Below, in pieces: positions 9,193 to 18,588 of a DNA stretch of 64,000 bases. This DNA comes from Bdellovibrionota bacterium (GTDB lineage Bacteria; Bdellovibrionota_C; UBA2361; JBIKUX01). The notes under the pieces are model-generated. The model was not told where the DNA came from. It searched no databases and saw only the letters and a program-made list of their open reading frames with translations. The position numbers and the translations under genes are program-made. Within the stretch, counting starts at the first letter, position 1, and each line of letters begins with the position of its first letter. The stretch spans positions 1 through 64,000 of the forward strand of contig JBIKUX010000010.1 of assembly GCA_044347345.1 (NCBI GenBank), read 5' to 3'.

Positions 9193-9831
9193 GTGTTAAG
9201 TGTTAATAGATATTTGATAGCAGTATTTATAATATTCGTAGTATCTGCTCAGTATTCTGTAGCTCAGGATAAAGAGGTTTTTGGATGGGTCGAGAAGGTG
9301 CAACTTAGAGAGGCAGGCTTCGACATGCATGCTAAACTCGATACTGGAGCTGATAGCTCTTCTGTGCATGCAACTCGACTGGAAGAATTTACAAAAAAAG
9401 GTGAGCAGTGGGTTCGTTTTAAGGTGAGGAGTGCTATTGGAGAAATTGCTACAATTGAAAGACCTATAGAGCGAGTCGCACTAATTAAGCGTCATCACGG
9501 TAAGAGCGAGAGGAGAATAGTTGTTAGGCTCGGACTGTGTCTCGGTGATGTATTTCAAGAGGAAGACGTAAACTTAGTAGACCGAACTAAGTTTGATTAC
9601 AGGCTTTTGTTGGGACGTTCATTTCTTGTTGGTAACGCAATTATTGATCCTGCGATGATGTTTACTAGTCCTCCAGCTTGTTTACCACAAAAAAAAGAAG
9701 CTAATGCTACTAAAGATGAAGTCGTAGTAGAGCCAAATAAAGTGGCTGAACCAAGTAAATCAGGGGAAGAACAATATAATAATTCTTCAATTAAGGTGGA
9801 TGAAATAAAAAAATCGGGAAAAAGTAGATGA
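9193..9831 (+). CDS. Exported RimK-associated retropepsin-like ('ATP-dependent zinc protease' family) protein
   Basis: Signal peptide; GWVE, AKLDTGADSSS, DR..F.Y.LLLGR.FL. Confidence 0.88.
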   Translation: MLSVNRYLIAVFIIFVVSAQYSVAQDKEVFGWVEKVQLREAGFDMHAKLDTGADSSSVHATRLEEFTKKGEQWVRFKVRSAIGEIATIERPIERVALIKRHHGKSERRIVVRLGLCLGDVFQEEDVNLVDRTKFDYRLLLGRSFLVGNAIIDPAMMFTSPPACLPQKKEANATKDEVVVEPNKVAEPSKSGEEQYNNSSIKVDEIKKSGKSR

Positions 9832-11348
9832 AAAAAGTCTTACCGGTAGCTGTTATCCTTACTTTCTTAGGGGTTTCAATAGCGCTGTACAAGATATTTT
9901 TTTTAAAATTTCCCCTGACGTCTGATACTCTTTCAAAGTATTGGTTGGTTGAGGCTCATTTGTCTTTTCAGGGCACTGGTAAGGCTGTTAAAGCAGAATT
10001 ATTTTTACCGCGTACATCAAAGAAACATTTAATTGTCGATGAGAGTTTTGTATCTAGAGGTTATGGCTTATCTACTGAAGAGCAGGGTCCAAACAGAATA
10101 GCTGAGTGGACTCTAAGGAAACCGACGGGTTTGCAGGGGCTTTATTATCGCTCTTTAGTTGTAGTTCAAAACAGTGCCGCCGATGAGGTAATACGTAAAA
10201 CTCCAGTAATCGAGAGAGTAGAGTTGGATGGGCCACTTAGAGAAGTAGCTTTGGGGTTACTCCAAGAAGCTCGAGCTAAATCAGCCGATGAAGTTTCACT
10301 CGCTAAGTATATACTTACCAGCTTCAGAGAGAAAGAAAGGTCTGGAGAACTTAGGCCTCTGCTCGAAAAAAAATCTTCGCGAGATGATAGGCTTAAAGCA
10401 GCAACGCTTGTATTACAGGAGGCAAATATTCCTTCACGAGTAATGCATGGTGTTCCACTTGTGCCTCAAGCAAGACGTATTGAACCAGTAGGTAGGCTTG
10501 AAGTTTTTTCTGGTGGTCAATGGAAAATTCTTTCAGCCGAGGGAGTAGACGTCAGTGCTGAAGAGGACTTCCTTCCGTGGTGGCGAGGGGGCGAATCTTT
10601 GGTTAATCTGAGTGGTGGGCGCGCTTTAAGGAGTACAGTTTCGCTACGACAGGTAGAAGAAGAGGCAGTAGCTCATGTATTAAGATTGGGAGAACAAGAG
10701 CAGTCGCCATTAGTTTGGGTCTCATTATTAAGACTACCACTTGAGATGCAGTCGGTGTTTCGGGCACTTTTATTAGTACCGATTGGTGCTTTAGTGGTTA
10801 CAATTCTGCGTAATGTTATAGGCATATCAATGCCTGGTACTTTTATGCCAGTTTTGTTGGCTCTTGCATTTCGTCAAACATCTCTTTGGTGGGGTGTTGC
10901 TATCTTTACTCTTCTTACCGTTGTTGGTCTCGTCATAAGAGGTTATCTCGATAACCTGAGATTGCTTTTGGTTCCTCGCGTCAGTGGAGTACTCACAGTA
11001 GTTATTTTACTGATGGCGTTTATTACTCTAGTTGCTTATGAAATAGGTCTTGAAGTAGCTCATTCAGTGGCTTTATTCCCGATGGTAGTGATAACCATGA
11101 ATATTGAAAGAACCTCATTACTTTGGGAGGAAGTTGGACCCAAACTAGCTCTTTCCCAGTGGCTCAGTGGGCTTATTGGGGCGATAATTGTTTATTATAC
11201 TTTATCGAGTGAGAGGCTGAGTTATTTTTTGCTAGTGTATCCTGAAACTCTCTTGGTAGTCCTAGCAATACTTTTTTTACTTGGTCGGTACACAGGTTAT
11301 CGCCTTCTTGAATTAAAACGCTTTAAGGATCTCACTCGTGTTGCGTAA
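9828..11348 (+). CDS. Inactive transglutaminase fused to 7TM domain
   Basis: IVDESFVSRGYG, LL.VPIGALVV..LRNVIG...GTFMPVL, VALFPMV..T..IER, GRYTGYRLLEL.RF. Confidence 0.9.
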   Translation: MKKVLPVAVILTFLGVSIALYKIFFLKFPLTSDTLSKYWLVEAHLSFQGTGKAVKAELFLPRTSKKHLIVDESFVSRGYGLSTEEQGPNRIAEWTLRKPTGLQGLYYRSLVVVQNSAADEVIRKTPVIERVELDGPLREVALGLLQEARAKSADEVSLAKYILTSFREKERSGELRPLLEKKSSRDDRLKAATLVLQEANIPSRVMHGVPLVPQARRIEPVGRLEVFSGGQWKILSAEGVDVSAEEDFLPWWRGGESLVNLSGGRALRSTVSLRQVEEEAVAHVLRLGEQEQSPLVWVSLLRLPLEMQSVFRALLLVPIGALVVTILRNVIGISMPGTFMPVLLALAFRQTSLWWGVAIFTLLTVVGLVIRGYLDNLRLLLVPRVSGVLTVVILLMAFITLVAYEIGLEVAHSVALFPMVVITMNIERTSLLWEEVGPKLALSQWLSGLIGAIIVYYTLSSERLSYFLLVYPETLLVVLAILFLLGRYTGYRLLELKRFKDLTRVA

Positions 11349-12285
11349 TTTTTTTACTCCTCTTTCTGAACACGGTATTCTTGGGATGAATTTACGTAAT
11401 ATAGAGTATATTGCTCGATGTAATCCTCGTTCTGTTTATCCCTTAGTAGATGATAAATTGGCTACTAAGCAACTCGCCTTATCTCATTCTGTTGCAGTGC
11501 CTGAACTTTATTTTGTAATTGAGAGATATCATCAAGTATCTGAGCTTGATGATTTATTGGGTGATCGTGAGGATTTTGCTCTTAAGCCATCAGCTGGAAG
11601 TGGAGGCGACGGAATAATAATAATTACAGGCCGATATCGAGGCCGTTATCGAAAAGCTAGTGGTGCCTTAGTAAGTCAGGCTGAGATGGAGGATCACATT
11701 ACTCGTATTTTAGGGGGTGTATATAGCCTTGGTGGTTATCCTGATAAAGCTATATTTGAATACAGAGTAAGATTCGCGACAATCTTTGATCAGGTAAGTT
11801 ATCTTGGAGTACCTGATATACGAATAATTGTATTTTTTGGTATTCCGGTTATGGCAATGGTTCGCTTACCTACTCGTATGTCAGACGGCAAGGCAAATCT
11901 TCATAAAGGAGCCGTAGGTGCAGGAATAGATATTGGAAGAGGGCGAACACTTTGCGGTGTATGGAAAAATCAAGTTGTTGATGAACATCCCGATACAGGT
12001 CATCCTGTGAGCGACATCGTTATTCCCGAATGGGACAATCTTCTTTCCATAGCTTCATCCTGTTATGATTTTACAAGGCTTGGTTATCTTGGAGTAGACA
12101 TAGTTTTAGATCAGGATCGAGGCCCTCTCTTGTTGGAGATGAACGCGCGTCCCGGGCTAAGTATTCAAATTGCTAATCGAGCTGGTTTAGTGCATAGATT
12201 GAAACTTGCAGAGCAAGAAGCTGGTAATTTAAAGACAACTAGTGAGAAAATCGCATTTGCAAAAAGTAATTTTGCTTCAAAATAA
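11338..12285 (+). CDS. Alpha-L-glutamate ligase-like ATP-grasp protein (RimK-related)
   Basis: GILGMN.RN, YPLVDDKL.TK, KPSAGSGGDGI, GVPDIRII, GKANLH.GA, LEMNARPGL.IQIAN. Confidence 0.92.
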   Translation: MLRNFFTPLSEHGILGMNLRNIEYIARCNPRSVYPLVDDKLATKQLALSHSVAVPELYFVIERYHQVSELDDLLGDREDFALKPSAGSGGDGIIIITGRYRGRYRKASGALVSQAEMEDHITRILGGVYSLGGYPDKAIFEYRVRFATIFDQVSYLGVPDIRIIVFFGIPVMAMVRLPTRMSDGKANLHKGAVGAGIDIGRGRTLCGVWKNQVVDEHPDTGHPVSDIVIPEWDNLLSIASSCYDFTRLGYLGVDIVLDQDRGPLLLEMNARPGLSIQIANRAGLVHRLKLAEQEAGNLKTTSEKIAFAKSNFASK

Positions 12286-12346
12286 TTTGATGAGCTCCTA
12301 TTTTATAAGTGTTGTTTTTATAAATGTTGTTGTTATTCCATAGAAA

Positions 12347-13915
12347 ATGGAACCTAAATACTTACAACATTTATTATGTACGTCTAGCTACACGCATAAG
12401 TGCACTCATCCAATAACCTTTAAGGAAACAGCTTTATCATGGATAATACTTACTGGAGAGTATGCCTACAAAATCAAGAAACCAAGAAATTTACCTTACT
12501 GTGATTTTTCCTCAGTTGATCATAGACGCTATTTTTGTCACCAAGAAGTTATTTTAAATAAAAGAACTGCTCCGCAAATTTATTTAGGTGTTGTAGCTAT
12601 TGAAGAAAGACCTGAAGGTGGAACTTCCGTAATAGAAGAGAACCTAGCTGTAAACCCTATTGAATATGCAGTAAAAATGCGGCAGTTCGATGAGAAACAA
12701 GTTTTACGTAATATTTTATTAAAGAATAAAATAGACCCATCGTTACTACGCATTCTAGCGAGAGATATTGCAAGATTTCATATTCTTGCCCAGCCGGTGT
12801 CAACCATTGATAATTATCGCTATCTTGCCACCCTAGAATCAATATGGAGCATATCTGAGGCTAATTATCGTGAGTCAGAACCTTTTATTGATATAACGCT
12901 TGAAAAAAATCTGCGAGATAAAATAGCTGAGAATGAGCGTAATTTTTTCAGCTCTCATAGTTTACTAATTAGTAGCAGAATTAAGAATGATTTTATTCGT
13001 GACTGTCATGGAGATTTGCACACCGGCAATATATGCCTTTATGAGGGTCGCTATATTCCGTTTGACTGTATCGAATTTAATCCAAAATTTAGATATATAG
13101 ACTCTATCGCTGACGTAGCGTTTTTATCCATGGATCTTAGATTCCTTAATAACCCTCATTTAGCCAGTGTTTTTTTAAGTGAATATTGTGAGCATTCTGG
13201 TGATTGGGAAGGGTTAAAATTAATTCGTTTTTATGAAGCACGTCATGCATTTGTGCGTGGTAAGGTTATGTCTAATCTTTTACTTGATCCTGATCATGCT
13301 TCAGGCAGTGATATGCGGTTAAAAAGTGAGGCAAGTAAGTATTTTTCATTTGCTTTAGAGAGACTTAAAATTGAAAAAGGCCGAATCATAGTAGTATGCG
13401 GGCTTTCTGGGAGTGGAAAATCTTGGCTTGCTCGTAAATTAATTGGCATAGCGGGAGGTATTCAGATTAGGTCTGATGCAGTTAGAAAGCATTTAGGTAA
13501 AGTACCACTTGCGCAAAAAGCTCCCTCCATTCTTTATGACAGAGTTATTTCACATAAAGTTTACCAACAATTAATCGAATTGAGTCTTGGAATAGCTTGT
13601 TCTGGTGAGAACGTTTTTTTAGATGCAGCATTTCTAGATAATGAAAATCGTGATCAATTATTAAAATTAGCTAGTGATAGAAAAGTTGATATTCAGTTTG
13701 TAGTAACTACTATAAATGAAAAAGAAAGATTGAGCCGCGTAAAAAGGCGCCGTCTCTCAGCGGAAGATCCCGTTAGCGATGCTGATGAATCCATAGCACA
13801 AGCGCAAAGATTTGCGGCTTTTAGCTCAAGTTATTCTGTAAAAGTATTTGAGGTTGATACTGAATATCTGGATGAGGCTAAATTAAGGGAGCTTACTATT
13901 AAGCTTTTATTATAG
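12347..13915 (+). CDS. Bifunctional APH-like kinase / P-loop kinase (Rv2004c-like)
   Basis: YKIKKP, DCHGDLH.GNI, FDCIEFN..FR.ID; C-terminal GLSGSGKS, RSD.VRK. Confidence 0.88.
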   Translation: MEPKYLQHLLCTSSYTHKCTHPITFKETALSWIILTGEYAYKIKKPRNLPYCDFSSVDHRRYFCHQEVILNKRTAPQIYLGVVAIEERPEGGTSVIEENLAVNPIEYAVKMRQFDEKQVLRNILLKNKIDPSLLRILARDIARFHILAQPVSTIDNYRYLATLESIWSISEANYRESEPFIDITLEKNLRDKIAENERNFFSSHSLLISSRIKNDFIRDCHGDLHTGNICLYEGRYIPFDCIEFNPKFRYIDSIADVAFLSMDLRFLNNPHLASVFLSEYCEHSGDWEGLKLIRFYEARHAFVRGKVMSNLLLDPDHASGSDMRLKSEASKYFSFALERLKIEKGRIIVVCGLSGSGKSWLARKLIGIAGGIQIRSDAVRKHLGKVPLAQKAPSILYDRVISHKVYQQLIELSLGIACSGENVFLDAAFLDNENRDQLLKLASDRKVDIQFVVTTINEKERLSRVKRRRLSAEDPVSDADESIAQAQRFAAFSSSYSVKVFEVDTEYLDEAKLRELTIKLLL

Positions 13916-13929
13916 AGAAAAAATTTATT

Positions 13930-13958
13930 AGCCGCATAAAATTGCTTTTTCTGCGGCT
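13930..13958. terminator. Possible bidirectional terminator between convergent genes
   Basis: AGCCGCA...TGCGGCT inverted repeat. Confidence 0.4.
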
Positions 13959-13989
13959 CAATCACATAAAACGAGGTAAAACTACTTTT

Positions 13990-14400
13990 TTAGAACAGGT
14001 CTTTATAAAGTCCGTTTCCACAATCAGATCGACGCAGTGTCTGTATGGCTACTCTATTTGAGTCTATTAGATCCCTCACAGGAAGCCCTCGTGAACGAGC
14101 TCCAGCAGATCGATACTTATTTTCTATTCTTTGAAGACAAGCGCGACGGCGCCTTGAATTTCCTAAGCCGCAACATTTTTTTGAGGCATCTTCTTTTGCA
14201 TCTTCAAGAGTTTGCACTACATCAAGTCTTTGACAAGAAGGACTAGCTAAAGAGCAATTTTCTGCTGAAGCAGTGGCACAACCTGCTAGTGAATTAAGAG
14301 CTGAATCTGTGCAAGACTGCGCTTGGGCATTATAGCTTGTACTACAAAGACAAAATCCTAATAGAAAAGAAAATCTCAGCATCTGTTTACTTAGTTTCAT
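13990..14400 (-). CDS. Secreted cysteine-rich hypothetical protein
   Basis: Signal peptide ending AQA; 8 Cys in the mature region; AGGAG upstream. Confidence 0.75.
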   Translation of the reverse strand: MKLSKQMLRFSFLLGFCLCSTSYNAQAQSCTDSALNSLAGCATASAENCSLASPSCQRLDVVQTLEDAKEDASKKCCGLGNSRRRRACLQRIENKYRSAGARSRGLPVRDLIDSNRVAIQTLRRSDCGNGLYKDLF

Positions 14401-14525
14401 TATTACTCCTTGAAGTTAAAATTAATTACTAAAATTTTTATAACATGGAAAACCGTAAGGTTTTTGGATGATGTATGCAATGTAAGTTTTGCATCTTATT
14501 TGCATGAAACGAAATTTGACAAAAG

Positions 14526-15953
14526 CTAGAACCTTATTTTATGAATTATCCAGCTTTCATTTAGCCTTACGCAAAGTGTATCCTTATTAATCGAAATAAA
14601 ATGAGACGGGAGTTTAAAACAATCTTTTTCCTGCTTTGCATTAGTTTGATAAACCTTAAAAGCCGGTTTTAATGATGAGTTATTATTTAGAGTCTGCACT
14701 GATTTTCGTTTCAGAAAGTAGGTTAACTTAAATTGACTACCATGGGGAGCTTCAATAATTCCGTCTTCAGGTATCCATGATACAAGAGACAAGCTATGCT
14801 TTTGAATAATTTCAGGCGGCATGCCAGCAGAACGGTAATTTTTTCGAACAAGGAAAAAAGATGCACTAAGTATAAAAATACTGAGAATTATCAAAGGAAA
14901 TATAGTTATTTTTTTCTTTAAATTTAAACTTTTTTCATTGTGAAAAATTAGCGCGAAAAAAAACCAAATTATCCATAAGGAGCACACAGCTAATCTAAAT
15001 GATAAATGTGAGTCATCGTTCCATATTGGTAAATTACAAATAATTATAAAAATTAATATAGCAGATAAAAGCGGTACGGCAGATGTTATGCTACGAATAG
15101 AAAAAAGTATCGTAACAACTAAAACTGAAAGCAACTCAAACCATTCAAATTGAGAGCAATTGGCAAAATAGCACATTTTTATCAAGGTAGGCTTTAGACC
15201 TAGCATGTCTGGAATATGAAAAATTGAAGATAAAAACAATGGTTCAGAAGCTGGAAGTAAAATTAAAATAAAAATAATTCCGATGATTCCAGTAACAGCA
15301 ATTAGTCGAGAAACACGGGATAATGTGAGAGTGAAAAAACTTATCACGATTATTGCGCCAGTAATATGACTTAGAGCTGTTAAGGTAAGAGCTAGAATAA
15401 CCTTAAATTTAGCAACAAGGCTTTGGATATTATTACCTCTATTTGCTAAGAGCCAAGCTAGAGAAAGCAGGAAAAAACTCATTGCTGTCCCTTGTCGTGG
15501 AAAAGCATAGAGACGATAAAAAATAAGGTCACTAGCTACAAAAGAGCTTGTAAATAATGGAGCAAACCATAAACTCTTTGTAGAGTGTGTAAGTGACAGC
15601 AATGAGTAAGCACAAATTATAAGGAGTAATCCTACAATGAGGTGAAAAGTTTGCTCAGGAGTAAACAACCCAGTTTTGGTTATTAATCCACCAAACCATA
15701 AAGTAGGACTTACATAACTAAAAAAGTTTGAAAAAAAGTTATTACCAGTAATCTCAAGAGAGCCAAATTCAGCAATAGATCTAAATTGTAGCAAGTAATA
15801 AAAACCATCAGTTGAAATAGGATACGTTTGTTTACTTAACCAGCTTAACCTAATAGCCAACATTACTAAAAAAATAAGCCAGCAACATCTATTAATAATG
15901 GTCTTGCCGAAATAGTTAGAGGTAGTTAACAAACTGATAATTTTATTTTGCAC
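14526..15953 (-). CDS. Polytopic membrane protein, GT-C-fold-like
   Basis: About 11-12 TM segments; first loop PISTDGFYY is typical of GT-C enzymes; soluble C-terminal tail. Confidence 0.6.
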   Translation of the reverse strand: MQNKIISLLTTSNYFGKTIINRCCWLIFLVMLAIRLSWLSKQTYPISTDGFYYLLQFRSIAEFGSLEITGNNFFSNFFSYVSPTLWFGGLITKTGLFTPEQTFHLIVGLLLIICAYSLLSLTHSTKSLWFAPLFTSSFVASDLIFYRLYAFPRQGTAMSFFLLSLAWLLANRGNNIQSLVAKFKVILALTLTALSHITGAIIVISFFTLTLSRVSRLIAVTGIIGIIFILILLPASEPLFLSSIFHIPDMLGLKPTLIKMCYFANCSQFEWFELLSVLVVTILFSIRSITSAVPLLSAILIFIIICNLPIWNDDSHLSFRLAVCSLWIIWFFFALIFHNEKSLNLKKKITIFPLIILSIFILSASFFLVRKNYRSAGMPPEIIQKHSLSLVSWIPEDGIIEAPHGSQFKLTYFLKRKSVQTLNNNSSLKPAFKVYQTNAKQEKDCFKLPSHFISINKDTLCVRLNESWIIHKIRF

Positions 15954-17379
15954 TCGTACCTAATAAAAATCCATCTGAATTAAACTCATAAATTACCTGA
16001 CGGATATGCTTAATCCGTTTTTTTTGGTAAGAGTTAAGAATTAATCTATCACTCTGATTCGGAGTAAGAGCGTGAAAAGGTGTGAAACGACTGGGATCTT
16101 CGATAGTTAAAACCAAAAGTTCTCCCTCAATCTGATTAATATCATGAGGATTTTTCTTAAAGTATGTATTGCTTGCTACTTCTATCCCGTTTATTCCGTG
16201 CCCGAATGAAACTTCCGAAAGGTACTTTGTGAGTATATCTTCTTTTGAGTAGATAATTGAGTACCAAGTAGCTAATACCATCTGTATCAGTTTTTCCTGT
16301 GGTGTTTTCCCGTATAAATTATTCCGTACTCGAGCGAGTTGCATGGCAACTGTGCTAGCGCCGCGGGAAATTTCACCTGTTTGTAGGTAATCTCGAAGAA
16401 CCCATCTCAATCTAGCCCAATCAATACCTTGATGATGAAAAAAAAGAATATCTTCTGCCGCAAGTAAGCTAAGAATAAAATGTTCAGGTATTTTGGTTGT
16501 AATACTCGGTTGCGGCATCTTATTTTTAGTAAAAACTCGTGCAGATAATGCGATTACTATCAGCGCCATTAATAGGTAAAGGTAGCGCTTTGAAGCAAAA
16601 AAATGGATATGCGAGGATTTGCTCTGATAAGTGGGTGTTTGAGATATATTTACACTTATCGCTAAGGCTGGAACAAGAGACCACCATGAATTAATGCTTA
16701 AAATCTGCCCTGTAAATATAGCAGGAATTGAGAAAAAAATCGGGATGATCATAATGACGCTAACCATTATAATTTTGTAAAGCCTCCAAGGTAATTTATT
16801 GTTTAATACTATCCGGCCAATAAATACTAATAGCGTGGCATAGATGCTTCCTATAAATATACTTAATGGTATTTGTTTCGGTCTGCTTGTGTGAAAAGCG
16901 TAAAGTAGTTCATGATTTAAACTAAGAAGGGTAAAGTAATAACATCCGATTACCACAATAAAACTTATTTTCTGTAAAAATCCGCGTGGGACATACAATT
17001 TTCTCACTAAAATAATTAATGGCAGTAGGTTAAGGATTAATGTTGGAGTTTTATCAGGGATTATAAGCATGATTGCTAAAATCAATGCTAAACAAATAGT
17101 GCCGATTATTTTAGGTAGTCTAACTATCAGAGAGAAATATAGAGGCAACCCTGTTATATTTACAGAACCTCGGGTTAGAAGAAATTCAGCTAAAGCAATG
17201 GTAATAATTACGGTTATCCAAAGGTTTTGATAATTGCTTAAATATCTCTGTGAGCTTCTTGAAATATTTAGCCCTACTAAAAAGAAAAGTCCTATGAGAG
17301 ATAAAAGAAGAGATACTCTTGAACATTGAAAAGGAGGAATAGGTTCAAGAATAAGCCAAAGGATTGTATTGTCGAGCAC
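15943..17379 (-). CDS. Multi-TM protein with C-terminal peptidoglycan transglycosylase (GT51) domain
   Basis: AEDILFFHHQGID, GASTVAMQLAR, SKEDILTKYL..V.FGHG..GIE.AS..YF; about 8-9 N-terminal TM segments. Confidence 0.8.
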   Translation of the reverse strand: MLDNTILWLILEPIPPFQCSRVSLLLSLIGLFFLVGLNISRSSQRYLSNYQNLWITVIITIALAEFLLTRGSVNITGLPLYFSLIVRLPKIIGTICLALILAIMLIIPDKTPTLILNLLPLIILVRKLYVPRGFLQKISFIVVIGCYYFTLLSLNHELLYAFHTSRPKQIPLSIFIGSIYATLLVFIGRIVLNNKLPWRLYKIIMVSVIMIIPIFFSIPAIFTGQILSINSWWSLVPALAISVNISQTPTYQSKSSHIHFFASKRYLYLLMALIVIALSARVFTKNKMPQPSITTKIPEHFILSLLAAEDILFFHHQGIDWARLRWVLRDYLQTGEISRGASTVAMQLARVRNNLYGKTPQEKLIQMVLATWYSIIYSKEDILTKYLSEVSFGHGINGIEVASNTYFKKNPHDINQIEGELLVLTIEDPSRFTPFHALTPNQSDRLILNSYQKKRIKHIRQVIYEFNSDGFLLGTSAK

Positions 17380-17388
17380 TGAACTGAA

Positions 17389-18012
17389 ATGCTTTTATTG
17401 TTTAGTAAATTTACTCAAGTCTTGTCTAAAAAGTCGCTTTTAACCCTATACACATTTTGTAATATTTTTATAGGTTGTAATCAATTTTACCCATATGACA
17501 AGACTATAAATTCTATGGTCAAGTTTAAGTGTAGGTGGAATATCTCACCAAATCTTGGCGTGATGCGTCCTATGTCATCAATCGACACTATTGTAATCCA
17601 TGCAACAGAGCGCGGATCATTATACGAGGTAGAAGAAATTTTTCGAAGTGTGAAGCGAGAAGTTTCAGCCCATTTTACAATTGCTCGAGACGGAAGTAGT
17701 GTGTGTCATGTTCCGATTGGTAAAGTAGCTTGGCATGCGGGAAAGTCTCATCTGCCAGATGGAAGAGAGTCTGTAAACCAATTCTCTATCGGAATTGAAC
17801 TTTTGAACAAAAATGATGGTCTAGATCCTTATTCTTTGAGGCAACTAGCTTCACTGCGAGACCTATTAAATTATCTGTGCAGTTCTTTGCCAATTTCAAT
17901 ACTTACAACTCATAGAGCTATTGCTCAACCTATCGGTAGAAAAACTGATCCGGTAGGGTTATCACCGGAAAAATTAAATGGAGTTTGTGTACAAGCAAGA
18001 AGGATTTGGTAA
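17389..18012 (+). CDS. N-acetylmuramoyl-L-alanine amidase (Amidase_2, AmpD-like); start uncertain
   Basis: IVIHAT, VSAHF, AWHAG, N..SIGIEL, TH..IA...RKTDP zinc motifs. Confidence 0.9.
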   Translation: MLLLFSKFTQVLSKKSLLTLYTFCNIFIGCNQFYPYDKTINSMVKFKCRWNISPNLGVMRPMSSIDTIVIHATERGSLYEVEEIFRSVKREVSAHFTIARDGSSVCHVPIGKVAWHAGKSHLPDGRESVNQFSIGIELLNKNDGLDPYSLRQLASLRDLLNYLCSSLPISILTTHRAIAQPIGRKTDPVGLSPEKLNGVCVQARRIW

Positions 18013-18016
18013 ATCG

Positions 18017-18400
18017 TTAGTTAGAAAAGTTTTCAATCACATGCAAAATAGTATTGACCTTTTCATCACTGACCGTACCAACAAAACGCTCTGGAAAGCG
18101 CTGCTCCCATTGTGCAAAGGCTAATTGGCCCTTAGCTGTAAATTCTAACCAGGTCGAAGCTGAGTCATTTTCTTGTAATTCAATAATGTATCCATGCGGG
18201 CTGGTTGGTCGCTTACTTGGTAAACTGCTGATAGTTATGGGGCCTATTGGTGACTCAAATGAAACTAGAGGAGCGTGTCCAATTATTCTTTTTAATATAG
18301 TCAGAGTTTGAGATGAGGTAAGAGAACTGAGTAAATGTTTGTGTTGGTCGGTATAGTCATTATTTAATGAATCATTCTCTAAGAGTTTAACCAGAGTCAT
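18017..18400 (-). CDS. Hypothetical protein
   Basis: 127-aa ORF filling the gap. Confidence 0.55.
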   Translation of the reverse strand: MTLVKLLENDSLNNDYTDQHKHLLSSLTSSQTLTILKRIIGHAPLVSFESPIGPITISSLPSKRPTSPHGYIIELQENDSASTWLEFTAKGQLAFAQWEQRFPERFVGTVSDEKVNTILHVIENFSN

Positions 18401-18588
18401 CCCAACCTTTCATTTTTTAAAATTTCTTAACCTATTAACCTAGTAATCTTAGCTATATGATTCAATTTAAGTCATGCTAGATTTGGCAAAGGTTCCTAAG
18501 TAACCGTCGTATCTTTTAGATGCGATCTTTATGCCAAAAGCTATTTAGAAAAAATATTTGCTTAAAAAGAAGTTATTATAGGAAATCT

